From: Acidimicrobiales bacterium
GTDB taxonomy: Bacteria > Actinomycetota > Acidimicrobiia > Acidimicrobiales > JADJXE01
Direction of reading: 5' to 3'
Assembly: GCA_016716005.1 (NCBI GenBank)
Contig: JADJXE010000001.1
Span: 1,615,011-1,679,010 of the forward strand
Length of the DNA: 64,000 bases
A program made the translations under genes and the position numbers. This document shows, piece after piece, positions 1 through 9,934 of the stretch (position 1 is the stretch's first letter; every line of letters starts with the position of its first letter). The notes under the pieces were generated by a model. That model worked only from the letters and a program-made list of their open reading frames with translations, searched no databases and had not been told where the DNA came from.

Positions 1-505
1 GGCGGCGGCGGGCCATGACTGCGGGGAGTGACATCGCGAACTCCTCGGGGATGTTGTGCAGCACGATCGCGATCGCGACCACCACGCCGAGCCGCGGCGC
101 GGAGAGATAGGCGTTGGCCATCGCGAAGCCCTCGGGGAAGTCGTGCAGGATCAAGCCGAACGCCACGAGGTAGACCCGACGCAGCTCACGGGCCCGCAGC
201 GCGGAGTCCTCCGCGACCAAGTGGACATGCGGGATGACGGCGTGCAACACCGCCAACAGTCCCGCACCCGTGGAAGCGGCGACCGCCGCCACGACGACGC
301 CGGCTTCCCGAGCGGCCTCCGGCAGCAACTCGAGGGACGAGATCGCCACCATCACCCCCACCGAGAACCCGACGCCCGCCGCTCGGACAACCGACCGGGG
401 ACCGACCCAAGAGGCCAGACCGACGCCCAGCGCTGCGGAGAGGATCGACAGCGAAGCAAGCGCTGTCACTGCCAGCCACGTCGACGCGTCGACGGCTGCG
501 ATCAT
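1..505 (-). CDS. ZIP-family metal cation transporter (ZupT-like); 3' end lies beyond window start
   Basis: Not in ORF track because it runs off the edge. Hand translation from ATG at 505-503: MIAAVDASTWLAV...GLILHDFPEGFAMANAYLSAPRLGVVVAIAIVLHNIPEEFAMSLPAVMA. The paired HDFPEG / HNIPEE motifs are typical of ZIP transporters. Confidence 0.8.
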   Translation of the reverse strand, partial: MIAAVDASTWLAVTALASLSILSAALGVGLASWVGPRSVVRAAGVGFSVGVMVAISSLELLPEAAREAGVVVAAVAASTGAGLLAVLHAVIPHVHLVAEDSALRARELRRVYLVAFGLILHDFPEGFAMANAYLSAPRLGVVVAIAIVLHNIPEEFAMSLPAVMARRR

Positions 506-719
506 CACTCGCCACCTGAACGGTCACCGGCGGTCGCTGAACGGTGCACAACCCACGATCCTCGCCGAACCCGCCCAGGTTCCGTTGACGCCGGCTCCGT
601 CCGTGAGCCCGTCCCAGGACCACGAGCACCGGGCTCGACCGCCGATCATGGGCGACCCCGACCGTCGCGTCGCTGGTTCCGTGCTGTCATCGTTCGCGGC
701 GAGGGGGCCGGGATCAGGC

Positions 720-1016
720 CAGGTCGAAGCCGTCGAGATCCATGACCTTGGCCCACGCAGCCGCGAAGTCCTCCACCACTCCTGCTGCGCGTCCTCGGAG
801 GCGTTGACCTCGTCGATGGCTCGGAGCTGGGGCGCGTTCACGATGGCCACCCACCGACACGTGCTACCCGGCATGGGCGCCCGCGCCGCAGCCCACTTCG
901 CGGAACTGATCGACGGCGAACCGGCAGACACCGCCGCCACCGAGACAGCAGAGGACTGGCCCGAATCAGCCCGACCTCCACCGGGGACCTTCAGGATCCG
1001 GGAGAACCGCCGGTAG
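720..1016 (+). pseudogene. tyrosine recombinase (phage-type integrase) C-terminal remnant
   Basis: Tail of ORF 234..1016 reads EIHDLGPRSREVL...GAFTMATHRHVLPGMGARAAAHFAELI. It aligns with the integrase C-terminus at 29243..29692 (RFHDLRHTHASLL...PAFTMHTYQHLLPGMSGAAAERFATLV). Catalytic residues are degraded and there is no N-terminal part. Confidence 0.5.
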
Positions 1017-1021
1017 ACGCG

Positions 1022-1130
1022 TCAGGTGTCGATCCGGTTGTTCGCCCCTCCGCCTTCCTCCAGCCGGGAGATCACGGACTGGGTGACGGCATCCGCGCCG
1101 ACCCGAGCGCAGCAGGCCGATCGTTCGCGA
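1022..1130 (-). pseudogene. XRE-family HTH remnant (decayed paralogue of 23540..23860)
   Basis: Hand translation of the minus strand gives ...ACCARVGADAVTQSVISRLEEGGGANNRIDT*. The intact XRE protein has ...MGTTQSVISRLEEGGGARNRLDT. No start codon or N-terminus. Confidence 0.45.
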
Positions 1131-1201
1131 CGACGGTCCGGTCGCACTCGTCGTCATCGAGCGGGTGCAACCTTGCGACCGTCAGCTCTGTGCCGGTGGG
1201 A

Positions 1202-2257
1202 CTACCCGGCGAGGATCAGGTCCCATGCCGCGAGAAGTGAGCCGGGAATCGGGTCCGGAAGGTAGTCGTCGACGACCGGGCAGTTGTGGTGGAACCCGCG
1301 GGAGGTCGGGTCGCCTCGGCACTCGTCGGTGGAAGTGATGAGACGGTGACTGCCGTTCCAGGGGGTGGCGCCGTCGTCGATGTCGATCGGCTCACCCGGC
1401 AGGCCGAGGTTCTCCCAGGACCGCTCGATCGGCGCGACGATCGGTTCCTCGGCATGGGCCAGGCCCCACATGCGTGTGGCTGGTGTCGCCATCGGTTCCG
1501 TCGTCCACGGTGATGGCTCGGTGGCGTCCAGGAGCACGACCCGCGCCAGCTCCTCGGTCCGGGCCAGGAAGGCGGCGTGCCCCCCGCCCTGGGAGTGGCC
1601 AGCGGTGGCGATGTGGGACCACGCCGGCATGGCGTCGGGGTCGAGGTAGCGGTCCCAGCCGCCGTCGGGCTCGGTTCGGGCAAGGTGTTCGAGGACCGCG
1701 ACGAGCCGCGGGATCGCTGCGTCCGTCGGTGACACGTCGAGGGCGAGTCCGCTCGCGTCGATCCCCCGCAGGATCTCCTCGCGGGCGGCGACCGCGCAGT
1801 CCGGATCGGTGCTGCCCTGGCACAGGTCGAAGTTGACCGACAGGTCGTTTGGATAGGCGAGGCCGATCACGTGGTAGCCGAGCGCTGCGGCGCGTTCGAG
1901 GAACGTCGAGTACCGGTCGGGCTCGGCGCCGGTGCCCGGGAAGAACACCAACAGCTCGCCCCGAGCGTCGCCGGCCGGCCCGGCCACGGCATGGTTGCCG
2001 AAGTCGCCCGAGATGCCCTCGCCGGTGACCGTGGGATCGAGCGACACCAGTGTCACGTCGACCCCTGCGGTGGTCGTCGGAGTGCTCGTCGTCGATGTGC
2101 TCGTCATCGAAGCGGTCGTCGTGGTCGGCTCGGCGGAAGGTGCACTCGACGCGCCGCTCTGGTCGTCGGTTGTACCCGACGCGCAGCCGGCGGCCGTCGC
2201 GAGCACGAGGACCGCTGTCAACACGGCGACGATCCGGGACGGGGAGCGTGTTGGCAC
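1202..2257 (-). CDS. secreted lipoprotein, alpha/beta-hydrolase fold (esterase/lipase-like)
   Basis: 351-aa ORF. Signal peptide plus lipobox LATAAGC, Thr/Ser-rich linker, nucleophile elbow GHSQGG. Confidence 0.75.
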   Translation of the reverse strand: MPTRSPSRIVAVLTAVLVLATAAGCASGTTDDQSGASSAPSAEPTTTTASMTSTSTTSTPTTTAGVDVTLVSLDPTVTGEGISGDFGNHAVAGPAGDARGELLVFFPGTGAEPDRYSTFLERAAALGYHVIGLAYPNDLSVNFDLCQGSTDPDCAVAAREEILRGIDASGLALDVSPTDAAIPRLVAVLEHLARTEPDGGWDRYLDPDAMPAWSHIATAGHSQGGGHAAFLARTEELARVVLLDATEPSPWTTEPMATPATRMWGLAHAEEPIVAPIERSWENLGLPGEPIDIDDGATPWNGSHRLITSTDECRGDPTSRGFHHNCPVVDDYLPDPIPGSLLAAWDLILAG

Positions 2258-2261
2258 CGTT

Positions 2262-3503
2262 TCATCCTCCCAAGGTCTGGGTGGAGACGGCGCAGCGATG
2301 GACCTGTGAGGTCGTGGCGTCCCACGCGTAGTAGTAGACGAACACCTCGTCGTCGGTGACGATGGTTTCGGGGTCGACCCGTGTCGTCGTGACGGTGGCC
2401 CCGTCGTCGCATCGCAACGGCGCTGCGCCGTCGAGCGGGACGAGCCACACCTGCTGGTCGGTCCGCCCGGGGAAGGTCGCGGGTCGGTCGGCGGCGGTCA
2501 GGGTCACCCACGGCCGCCCATCGACGAGGAACGGCTCGGGTGATCCCAGGTAGGGGTGATCCTCGTCGGGGCTCGCCACACGAAGCCGCTCGACGACGGA
2601 CCCAGCAGCGTCGACGTCCCACACGACGGCCTCGTCGCCGCCCACCACGGCCAACACCGACACCCGACCGGTGTCCGGATCGACCCACCCGTACGTGTTC
2701 TCGACCACGTCATCGCCGGCGGCGCCGATCTCGATGATCGCGCCCGTGCCGGTGTCGACGAGCTCGACCGCTGCACCGCTGCCGAGCTCGCCGGCCACCG
2801 TGATCAGTCCCGTACCGACGACCCAGCGAGCATCGCCACCACTCCGATCGGCGAGCCACACGAGATCAGCGGTCTGCGACGGCCTCGACTCATCGAACCA
2901 CACCGCAGTACCGAAGCCGGGCGGGCGACGCAACGCCACCACCAGGGTGGTCGGCGCGTCCGGCCGGCGGCTCGGGAGCGGACTCAGATAGCCCGCCGAG
3001 GTCACCCACTCGACCGTCGCCCCGGCAATACCGACAGCGACACGCGCAGCCCGCAGACCCTCCGAGGTCGACGCGGTGTACCAGAGCGAGATCCCCTGCG
3101 CGTCGACGCCCAGTTCGGGACCGTTGTTCGTGTCGAGCATCGGCGCCGCATCGGACGCCACGAGCACCGGACCCTCGGGACCCACCAGCCCGTCGGTGAG
3201 GTCCAGCTCGGCGAGCCAGATGCGGCCGACGCCGTCCTGCCAGGCCATCCACCCGCTTCCGTCGTGGACCAGCACCTCAGGGTCGAACCACGACTCACCC
3301 GCCGGCGTGACCACGACCGTCTCCGGCACGACCGTCTCCGCCACGACCGTCTCCGACGCGACCGTCTCCGACGCGGCACTGGATGATCCACCTCCAGATC
3401 CGGTCGCGCCACCACAGGACACGACGAGCACGCTCGCCGCAGCTACCGCGGCGCCTCGGACACGAGTCCGCAAGAGCAGGGTCCGGCACATCCTCACCAC
3501 CAT
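2262..3503 (-). CDS. secreted lipoprotein of unknown function
   Basis: 413-aa ORF. Lipobox VVSCGG followed by a repeated ASETV/AETVV linker. No family recognised; exact start uncertain. Confidence 0.65.
   Translation of the reverse strand: MVVRMCRTLLLRTRVRGAAVAAASVLVVSCGGATGSGGGSSSAASETVASETVVAETVVPETVVVTPAGESWFDPEVLVHDGSGWMAWQDGVGRIWLAELDLTDGLVGPEGPVLVASDAAPMLDTNNGPELGVDAQGISLWYTASTSEGLRAARVAVGIAGATVEWVTSAGYLSPLPSRRPDAPTTLVVALRRPPGFGTAVWFDESRPSQTADLVWLADRSGGDARWVVGTGLITVAGELGSGAAVELVDTGTGAIIEIGAAGDDVVENTYGWVDPDTGRVSVLAVVGGDEAVVWDVDAAGSVVERLRVASPDEDHPYLGSPEPFLVDGRPWVTLTAADRPATFPGRTDQQVWLVPLDGAAPLRCDDGATVTTTRVDPETIVTDDEVFVYYYAWDATTSQVHRCAVSTQTLGG
3312..3371. repeat. 15-bp tandem repeat x4 (cacgaccgtctccgN) inside the lipoprotein linker
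   Basis: Read directly: cacgaccgtctccgg / cacgaccgtctccgc / cacgaccgtctccga / cgcgaccgtctccga. In frame, encoding the SETVA/ETVV repeats. Confidence 0.8.
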
Positions 3504-3658
3504 GCCAGGAAGATGCGAGAGAACGTCCGGGCCATGTCAACGCCCTCGCTGGTGGCCAGGAGAAGTCCTCGCGGTGGTGAGTAGGCAGATCCCATCGTGG
3601 GCCGACTCGAGCGGTGATCGCGAACGACGACCACGTCGGTTCCGATCACACGCTCGAG

Positions 3659-4790
3659 CCCGGGTTCCACAGTTCGTAGGCACACGAGGGGCCCGGATCG
3701 GGCGTGTGACGTGCGGGACCGCGTCTGATCCGTCGAAGGCCGCGTGTGTCCACGCGCGTCGAAGCAGGCGTGAGGGGTGTCTGGCCTGTTCAGGCGCGGT
3801 GGAGGTGGGTGACGCGGGGCGGCAGGGCGATGCCGCAGGCGCCAAGAATGCCCGTTTGGACGTCGGTGAGCGCGGTGGTCTGTTCGACGGTCCCGGCGGT
3901 CCCGTGGAGCGTGAAGGTGTGCACCCGGCCCAGCTCGGTGTTGATCCGCCGCCACGTGTGCCCGGTGCGCCGCTCGGCCACCCGCACGAGGAGCAGAGCG
4001 AGCCAGCACAACAGGACGTGAGCGCGGACGCGGGGTTCGATGCGGTGGAACACGGGGCGCAGCTCGAGGGTGGACTCGAGGTCCCGGAACCCGCGTTCGG
4101 CCTCCAACAGGTTCTCGTAGCCCAGCGCGACGTCCTCGGCCGACAGGTCGGGGTCGCTGGTGGACAGCAGGTACTTGCCGTCGAGGCGCTCCTCGGCCGC
4201 GATCTTGGATCGGTCGATGACGAGCCGCCCGGACGGGAGCTGTCGTAGCCACCGGCCCAGGGTGGAGTGGTCGCGGAGGGCGCACTTGGCGGTCCGGTGC
4301 GCGGCCTCCGGGTCACCCTTGCGCTTGGCGGTCTTGGCCTTGTTGGCGTCGCGTTCGCGGGCGACGCGGATGGGTTCGAGCTCGGCTTCGAGGCGGTCGA
4401 GGGCGGCGTCTCCTTGGGCCTTGTCGCGTTCGGCTTCGAGGGGGTTCTGGCACACGATCCACCGCTTGGCGCTCTCGTCGTCGAGGTGGACTTCCTTGAC
4501 CCGAAGGTTGTCGCGCACGCTCTGGTAGCGGCCCTGGCGGGCCAGGGCGGCCTGGGCGTCGGGGGAGCCGTCGCTCATGCGTTCCCCGGCGATCACCAGA
4601 TCGACCTCGAGGTTCAACAGGTCGGCGACGGCGAAGAACACCGCTTCTTGCACCTGGGCCTGCGCGTCGGCGGCCACAAGGAGATGTCGTGTGCCCACGT
4701 TTCCGGGCTCGTCAGCCGACCCGCAACCCGCTGAGCAGCACTATCGCGCGCCGAACCCCCCTCATGTGCCTACCGACTGCGGAACCCGGG
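3659..4790 (-). mobile_element. internally deleted IS remnant bounded by 33-bp imperfect inverted repeats
   Basis: 3659-3691 cccgggttccacagttcgtaggcacacgagggg versus the reverse complement of 4758-4790 cccgggttccgcagtcggtaggcacatgagggg (29/33 by hand). The repeats enclose the truncated transposase ORF. Confidence 0.6.
3790..4698 (-). pseudogene. IS1634/IS4-type DDE transposase, N-terminally truncated
   Basis: 302-aa ORF with C-terminal hallmark ...YLLSTSDPDLSAEDVALGYENLLEAERGFRDLESTLELRPVFHRIEPRVRAHVLLCWLALLL. This is roughly half the length I expect for this family. Confidence 0.75.
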
Positions 4791-5068
4791 CCTACGCGAC
4801 CGTGGTCTTCTCGGGAAGGGACTCCGCCGACGGACTCAGGCTCGCGAGCTGCGGAAACGGCGGCTTGGCCCGTGACGTCGCGACGACGAGGACTACGGTG
4901 CCTGCCAGGAACGGGAACCAACATGCCCAGGACGAACCGGCACGAACTGGTGAGGGCACCCTCGGAGGGCGCGACAAGCATGGAGTCCCGGGAGCCGACC
5001 CGACGGAACCCGGGGCAGACCACCCACGGTCAGACCACGCAACGGTTCATCATCGTTGGGCGGGACAG

Positions 5069-6034
5069 GTGAACACCGAGCCGGCGATAGCGAACCTTCT
5101 GGCGGGGAAGGCTGATCCCGCCGTGGGTGGCCTTGCACTGGACTTCGAGCACGTCACGAAACGGTACGGCGACCACACCGTGGTCGCGGATCTGAGTTTC
5201 ACGGTGCCAGCCGGCCGGGTCACCGGTTTCTTGGGTCCGAACGGCTCGGGCAAGTCGACCGCGATGAAGATCATGCTCGACCTTGCCGCTGCGGACGGCG
5301 GCCGGTCGGTCATCGGAGGCTGTCGGTATCGAGACCTGCCCAACCCGGCCGGAACCGTTGGGGCGGTCATCGAGTCCGACGCGTTCCACCCCGGGCGGAG
5401 CGGTCGGAACCATCTGCGGATTCTGGCGGACGCGACCGGCGTCTCCTCGGCGAGAGTCGATGAGATCCTCGAACAGGTCGGCTTGGCTGACGCGGGCGAC
5501 CGGCATGCCGGCGCCTACTCGCTTGGGATGCGCCAGCGCCTCGGCCTCGCTGCTGCTCTGCTTGGCGAACCACCGGTGCTCATTCTCGACGAACCCGGAA
5601 ACGGCCTCGATCCTCAAGGCATCCGAACGCTGCGCGATCTGCTCCGATCGCATGCGGCGGCCGGAGGCACCGTGTTCGTGTCGAGTCACCTGTTGGCTGA
5701 GGTCGAGCTACTGGCTGACGACGTCATCGTCATCAACGAGGGCCGGCTCGTTGCCCACGGTTCACTGGCCGAGTTGCAGCAGGCCGCTTCTCTGGTACGG
5801 ACAGCCGACCCGGGCTCCATCGCCGTGGTGCTCGAACAAGCTGGCGCGACAACGCAGACCCGAGGCGCAGACGGTCTCGTCGTCCGTGGCATGCCGATCG
5901 AGGAGATCGGCGACCGGGCTTTCGCCGCCGGAGTCGTCCTGCACGAGCTGTCGCCCCACGCGGGGTCGCTCGAGGAGCTGTTCCTCGACTGGACGACCGA
6001 CCCATCGAGCAAGGGGGAGGTCATCCGGCCGTGA
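5069..6034 (+). CDS. ABC transporter ATP-binding protein (ABC-2 exporter type)
   Basis: In-frame GTG at 5069 within ORF 4577..6034. Walker A GPNGSGKST, signature YSLGMRQRL, Walker B LILDEP. The upstream part of the ORF is Arg/Pro-rich junk. Confidence 0.9.
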   Translation: MNTEPAIANLLAGKADPAVGGLALDFEHVTKRYGDHTVVADLSFTVPAGRVTGFLGPNGSGKSTAMKIMLDLAAADGGRSVIGGCRYRDLPNPAGTVGAVIESDAFHPGRSGRNHLRILADATGVSSARVDEILEQVGLADAGDRHAGAYSLGMRQRLGLAAALLGEPPVLILDEPGNGLDPQGIRTLRDLLRSHAAAGGTVFVSSHLLAEVELLADDVIVINEGRLVAHGSLAELQQAASLVRTADPGSIAVVLEQAGATTQTRGADGLVVRGMPIEEIGDRAFAAGVVLHELSPHAGSLEELFLDWTTDPSSKGEVIRP

Positions 6035-6777
6035 TCATGGCACGACTCGTGCGAGCCGAGCTCCGCAAGCTCACGAGTACCAAGATGCCGTGGGCGTTCT
6101 TCGCCGTGCTCGTTGCGATCGCAGTGATCAACGCTGTCGCTGTGATCGCGGGAACCGACATGGACGGCACCAAGGGCTTCATCGCCACCGAAGCCGATCA
6201 GCAATCGCTCATGGCGTTCGCCGCCAACGCCTTCATGATCGCCGGCCTTTTCGGTGCGATCGCCGTCGCCCGCGAGTACGGCCACCACACCGTCGTGCCC
6301 ATGTTCCTCGTGTCACCTCGCAGACACCGGGCCGTGCTCGCCCAGTTCTGCGCCGTGGCAGCCGGTGGTGGTGTCCTCGGGCTCGTCGGTGCCGCACTCA
6401 CGGTCACCGCCGTGCTGCTTGCGCTGCCGAGCACCGACTTCGGGTTCCTCGTCTCCCCCGACCAGGTCGCACGGCTCATCGCAGCCTCCGGGTTCGCGGG
6501 TGCCGCTGGCGCGGTTCTCGGCGCCGGGATCGGCGCTGTGGTTCGCAACGTGGGCGGGGCCGTCACCGGCGCCGTGCTGGCGCTCGTCATCGCGCCACCG
6601 TTGATCGTCCAGCTCGCCAATGGCACCGCGTCGTGGATGCCCGGCGTCCTCGCCAACGTCGTCTCGGGTGTCGGCGACGATGTCAGCCAACCGGCCGCGC
6701 TGGCCGCCATCGCCGTATGGGCCGCTGTCCCCGCCGCGATCGGCTTGGTCGCCGTCCAGCGACGAGACGTCGTGTGA
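6031..6777 (+). CDS. ABC-2 family transporter permease
   Basis: 248-aa polytopic ORF. The GTGA start/stop overlap with the ATPase gene indicates coupling. Confidence 0.8.
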   Translation: MIMARLVRAELRKLTSTKMPWAFFAVLVAIAVINAVAVIAGTDMDGTKGFIATEADQQSLMAFAANAFMIAGLFGAIAVAREYGHHTVVPMFLVSPRRHRAVLAQFCAVAAGGGVLGLVGAALTVTAVLLALPSTDFGFLVSPDQVARLIAASGFAGAAGAVLGAGIGAVVRNVGGAVTGAVLALVIAPPLIVQLANGTASWMPGVLANVVSGVGDDVSQPAALAAIAVWAAVPAAIGLVAVQRRDVV

Positions 6778-7078
6778 CGGCGACGGGTCCGTCCACCCGC
6801 CAGGCTCTCAGCGACACGGACTCAGCCGACCGCACTCGGGCGGCAGGACTGCTGGACTTCGCGGTGGATGTGCCCTTGGGTTCCCTCCTTGGCCGTGGGC
6901 GAGGCGAGAGGTTGAGCATCGAGTGGGCGCTCTGTCAGCGAGAGGGAACCGAGGTCTGTCGTGACCGACGGTTGCGGTCAACAGCACCTGCCGTTCTCAG
7001 CTGGCACCCCACACGATCGATGACGCGTGATCATGCGGTGGGTCGATCGCGCTCCCACGTCCACTTCGCTCGCGATCG

Positions 7079-7789
7079 TCATGTTGCTCGCTCATGGCTG
7101 TCACCGTGCGCCGAGCATCGCGCCGCCGCCAGCCCGAGCGAGGAGCGCTCGGCGCGCATCTTCACTCCTCGGAGCATGTCCTTCGACATGATGAAGTCGG
7201 CGGGAACGATCCCCACCCAGCCGCCGAGGGTCAGCCACCAGGGGCTGGTCGTCCATCGTGAACGGAAGTGGAATCGCGTGCGGCGACCTTCGTCGAGCGG
7301 TGTCAGGACGAAGGCCCACGACCAGTCGAGTGTTGCGTGCGCCCGCCAGCTCATGGGCAGGTGGCTGTTGGAGTGCATCACGAGTGCTCGCTCGCGTTCG
7401 ATCTCCTCGACGATGAGACCGCACTCGGTGTGTGGTGGGCCGTCGGGGATGAACGTGCCGATGTCGATGTCTTGGAGCTCGGGGATGATCCGGTCGGCGC
7501 TCGGTCCGTTGGCCGGGAACAACAGTCGGTCCACCCACCTCGCGGTGTACCAGCCTCCGCGCCCCCAACCCATCTGCACCAGCCACGGCCACACCGCCGA
7601 TGGAGGGGCGTCGATCGTGATCGCGTGATCGGTCACCACCTTGGGGCCACTGACGATGCGGTCCCCAGGGAGCACCTCGGATCGCTCGCGCTCGGTCGAC
7701 CCGTACGTCCGACCGAGATGGATCAGTGCGACTTCGCCGAGCGTGACGGCACCGAGTGCGCCGGCGGCCCAGCGGCATCTCGTCGACAT
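7079..7789 (-). CDS. SRPBCC-superfamily protein (polyketide-cyclase/lipid-binding-like)
   Basis: Internal ATG at 7789 (MSTRCRW...) of ORF 7079..8134. Motif ITIDAPPSAVWPWLVQMGWGRGGWY. Paralogue of 9263..9934. Confidence 0.75.
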   Translation of the reverse strand: MSTRCRWAAGALGAVTLGEVALIHLGRTYGSTERERSEVLPGDRIVSGPKVVTDHAITIDAPPSAVWPWLVQMGWGRGGWYTARWVDRLLFPANGPSADRIIPELQDIDIGTFIPDGPPHTECGLIVEEIERERALVMHSNSHLPMSWRAHATLDWSWAFVLTPLDEGRRTRFHFRSRWTTSPWWLTLGGWVGIVPADFIMSKDMLRGVKMRAERSSLGLAAARCSAHGDSHERAT

Positions 7790-7806
7790 GGCGACCCCCT
7801 CGCCTG

Positions 7807-9258
7807 TCAACGCAGACTCTCGTCGAGGAACTCGACGACTCGCTGCTGCCAGCTGTCCGGTCGTGTTTCGTACCCGCCGGTGTGGTCGGCTCCGTCGACG
7901 TTCCACACCGTCACCCGTTCGCTCGCCCCGGCTCGGATGTAGGCAGCGGCGTGAGCCTCGTCGTCCACGTTGCCGGCCGTGATCAGCAGGAAGCGAGTGC
8001 CGGGCGCGTTCACCACCGCCGATCGCAGGGAGATGGGCGGCGACGCCTCGGTGAGGTAGTCGGTGATGCCGTTCTGCACCTTCTCGACCTGCTCCTGCAA
8101 CCAGCCACGCCAGCCGTACACATCGGAGAGCCACGCCTTGTCGGCCGCCTGGCGAGCGGTCGCTCCTTCGGCCACCACGGCTCGGATCCGCGGATCTGCT
8201 GCGGCGGCGCCGATGGCCTCCTCGCCTCCCATGGAGAACCCGACGACGCCGATCCGATCGGGCTCGACCTCGGCACGCGATGCCAGGAACTCGGTGCCGG
8301 CGGCGATGTCCAGGTCGCCGTACCAGCCGAAGTCCATGGCGGTCCCGTCACTGTCGCCGTGGCCTCGAGCGTCGATGAGCACGACCGAATACCCGCTACG
8401 GGCGAGAACTGCAGCCTGGTCGAGCACGTCGGATCGGGTGGAGCCAGCGCCATGCATGACCACCACCCCGGCGCCGTTGGTGCCCGGCACGTACCAGGCG
8501 GCCAACTCCACGCCGTCGGTCGTCGTCACCGTGACCGACTCGAACTCCAACCCCCGCGCCGACGGCGTCGACGTGACGTCGGTGGAGGGCACCGTGGTGG
8601 CCGCCACCGACGGCGCGACGACCGATACGGCTGCGGCGACGACGGTCAGCACTGCTGCGCCTCCCACCACCTTGCCCAGGCGATGCCGACCCCGCAGTGC
8701 CGAGGCGGCACCGACGACGACCAAGGCGACCCCTGAGAGCAGCACGATGATCGACACGACGGAGATGACGGTGAGGCCGTTCTTGACCGGATGCGGCAAC
8801 AGACCGATACCGACAGCGGCGAGGATCGAACCGACGGCGACGAAGAGGACCCCGCGACGGCGAGGGCTCAGGGTGACGCGTCGCGAGGCGGCAACGAAGT
8901 AGATGCCGACGGCCAGGTATGCCGGCTGGAAGAAGGAGAACGCCCGTATCACGGCGACTTGGACGACGATCCACACGATGAGCGACAGCCCGACGACGAG
9001 CGCCACGTCATCGGTCCTCGGCCCGCCGGTCCAGGCCGACCAGGCGAGCACGGTGAGGGGAACGCCCACGATGACTGCGAGCGCCAGTCCAGCGAGAACC
9101 AGGCTGTCGAACGGCAGACGATCGTTGATGGACGCACCGAAGTCGGTACCGCCCGTGACCAGCCCGACAGCACCCGCCCACGCCGCGAACGCGTTGAAGG
9201 CGGCGAAGCCGGCCAACCACGGCCGGCGGGTCCGCGGGCTCGGGGACGACGTCGTCAC
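7807..9258 (-). CDS. membrane-anchored alpha/beta hydrolase
   Basis: 483 aa. About 6 N-terminal TM helices, then a hydrolase domain with HGAGSTR, nucleophile elbow GFSMGG and a C-terminal DH. GTG start lies 4 nt after the upstream stop. Confidence 0.8.
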   Translation of the reverse strand: MTTSSPSPRTRRPWLAGFAAFNAFAAWAGAVGLVTGGTDFGASINDRLPFDSLVLAGLALAVIVGVPLTVLAWSAWTGGPRTDDVALVVGLSLIVWIVVQVAVIRAFSFFQPAYLAVGIYFVAASRRVTLSPRRRGVLFVAVGSILAAVGIGLLPHPVKNGLTVISVVSIIVLLSGVALVVVGAASALRGRHRLGKVVGGAAVLTVVAAAVSVVAPSVAATTVPSTDVTSTPSARGLEFESVTVTTTDGVELAAWYVPGTNGAGVVVMHGAGSTRSDVLDQAAVLARSGYSVVLIDARGHGDSDGTAMDFGWYGDLDIAAGTEFLASRAEVEPDRIGVVGFSMGGEEAIGAAAADPRIRAVVAEGATARQAADKAWLSDVYGWRGWLQEQVEKVQNGITDYLTEASPPISLRSAVVNAPGTRFLLITAGNVDDEAHAAAYIRAGASERVTVWNVDGADHTGGYETRPDSWQQRVVEFLDESLR

Positions 9259-9262
9259 GCGG

Positions 9263-9934
9263 TCACCCCTCGATGAGCGGCTGGCTCGCCACGGCAGGAT
9301 GGACGAGGGACTCGGCTCGGGCTTTGATGCCGCGCATCATCCGGCGGTTCATCGCGAAGTCGCCGAACTCCAGCAGGACCACGCTGAGCGAAGCGCTCAA
9401 AGGAGCTCGCCGGTCGTAGAGGGCCCTGATGCGATTGACGAGTCGCGTGCCGCCGTCGCTCGACGAGGTCAACTGCCACGACCACGTCGAGTCCGGCTTC
9501 GTCCACAGCAGCCAGCGCTCGACCTCGAACGAGTCGACTCGAAACGCTGTCCGCTCCGTCGGTGGCGGCTTCGGCACCATTGGCACCCAGTGTCCGACGT
9601 GCAGGTCCTGCCATGCAGCTTCGATGGTCGTCGCACTCGGGCGGCCGCGGTTGTCGAGCAGGTCATGGCTGTACCACCCGGCACGTGTGCAACCGATCTG
9701 CACGAGCCACGGCCACACCAGTGTCGGCGGCGCGGCGATGGTGATCGCACGTGTCGCGCGGAACTGTGCGCCCGGGAGCTGGTCATCGCCGGGCATGCCT
9801 GCCCGGACCTCGCTCGACGTGGCGCCCCAGTTCATGTGCCACCGTCGGTAGACCGGTGACGTCAGGAACACCGGCAGGTCGACCAGCACATCGCCGACCT
9901 GGCTCACCAGCAACCGCCGAGTGTTCCCGCTCAT
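9263..9934 (-). CDS. SRPBCC-superfamily protein (paralogue)
   Basis: Internal ATG at 9934 (MSGNTRRLL...) of ORF 9263..10507. Motif ITIAAPPTLVWPWLVQIGCTRAGWY. Confidence 0.75.
   Translation of the reverse strand: MSGNTRRLLVSQVGDVLVDLPVFLTSPVYRRWHMNWGATSSEVRAGMPGDDQLPGAQFRATRAITIAAPPTLVWPWLVQIGCTRAGWYSHDLLDNRGRPSATTIEAAWQDLHVGHWVPMVPKPPPTERTAFRVDSFEVERWLLWTKPDSTWSWQLTSSSDGGTRLVNRIRALYDRRAPLSASLSVVLLEFGDFAMNRRMMRGIKARAESLVHPAVASQPLIEG

Noticed and set aside
4917-4945. Other GGGAACC(A) matches (about 4917, 6948, 16505, 27310, 10315) considered as additional SigE promoters
   Set aside because: None has CGTT/CGTA at the 15-nt spacing seen at sigE and htrA, and most lie inside coding regions.
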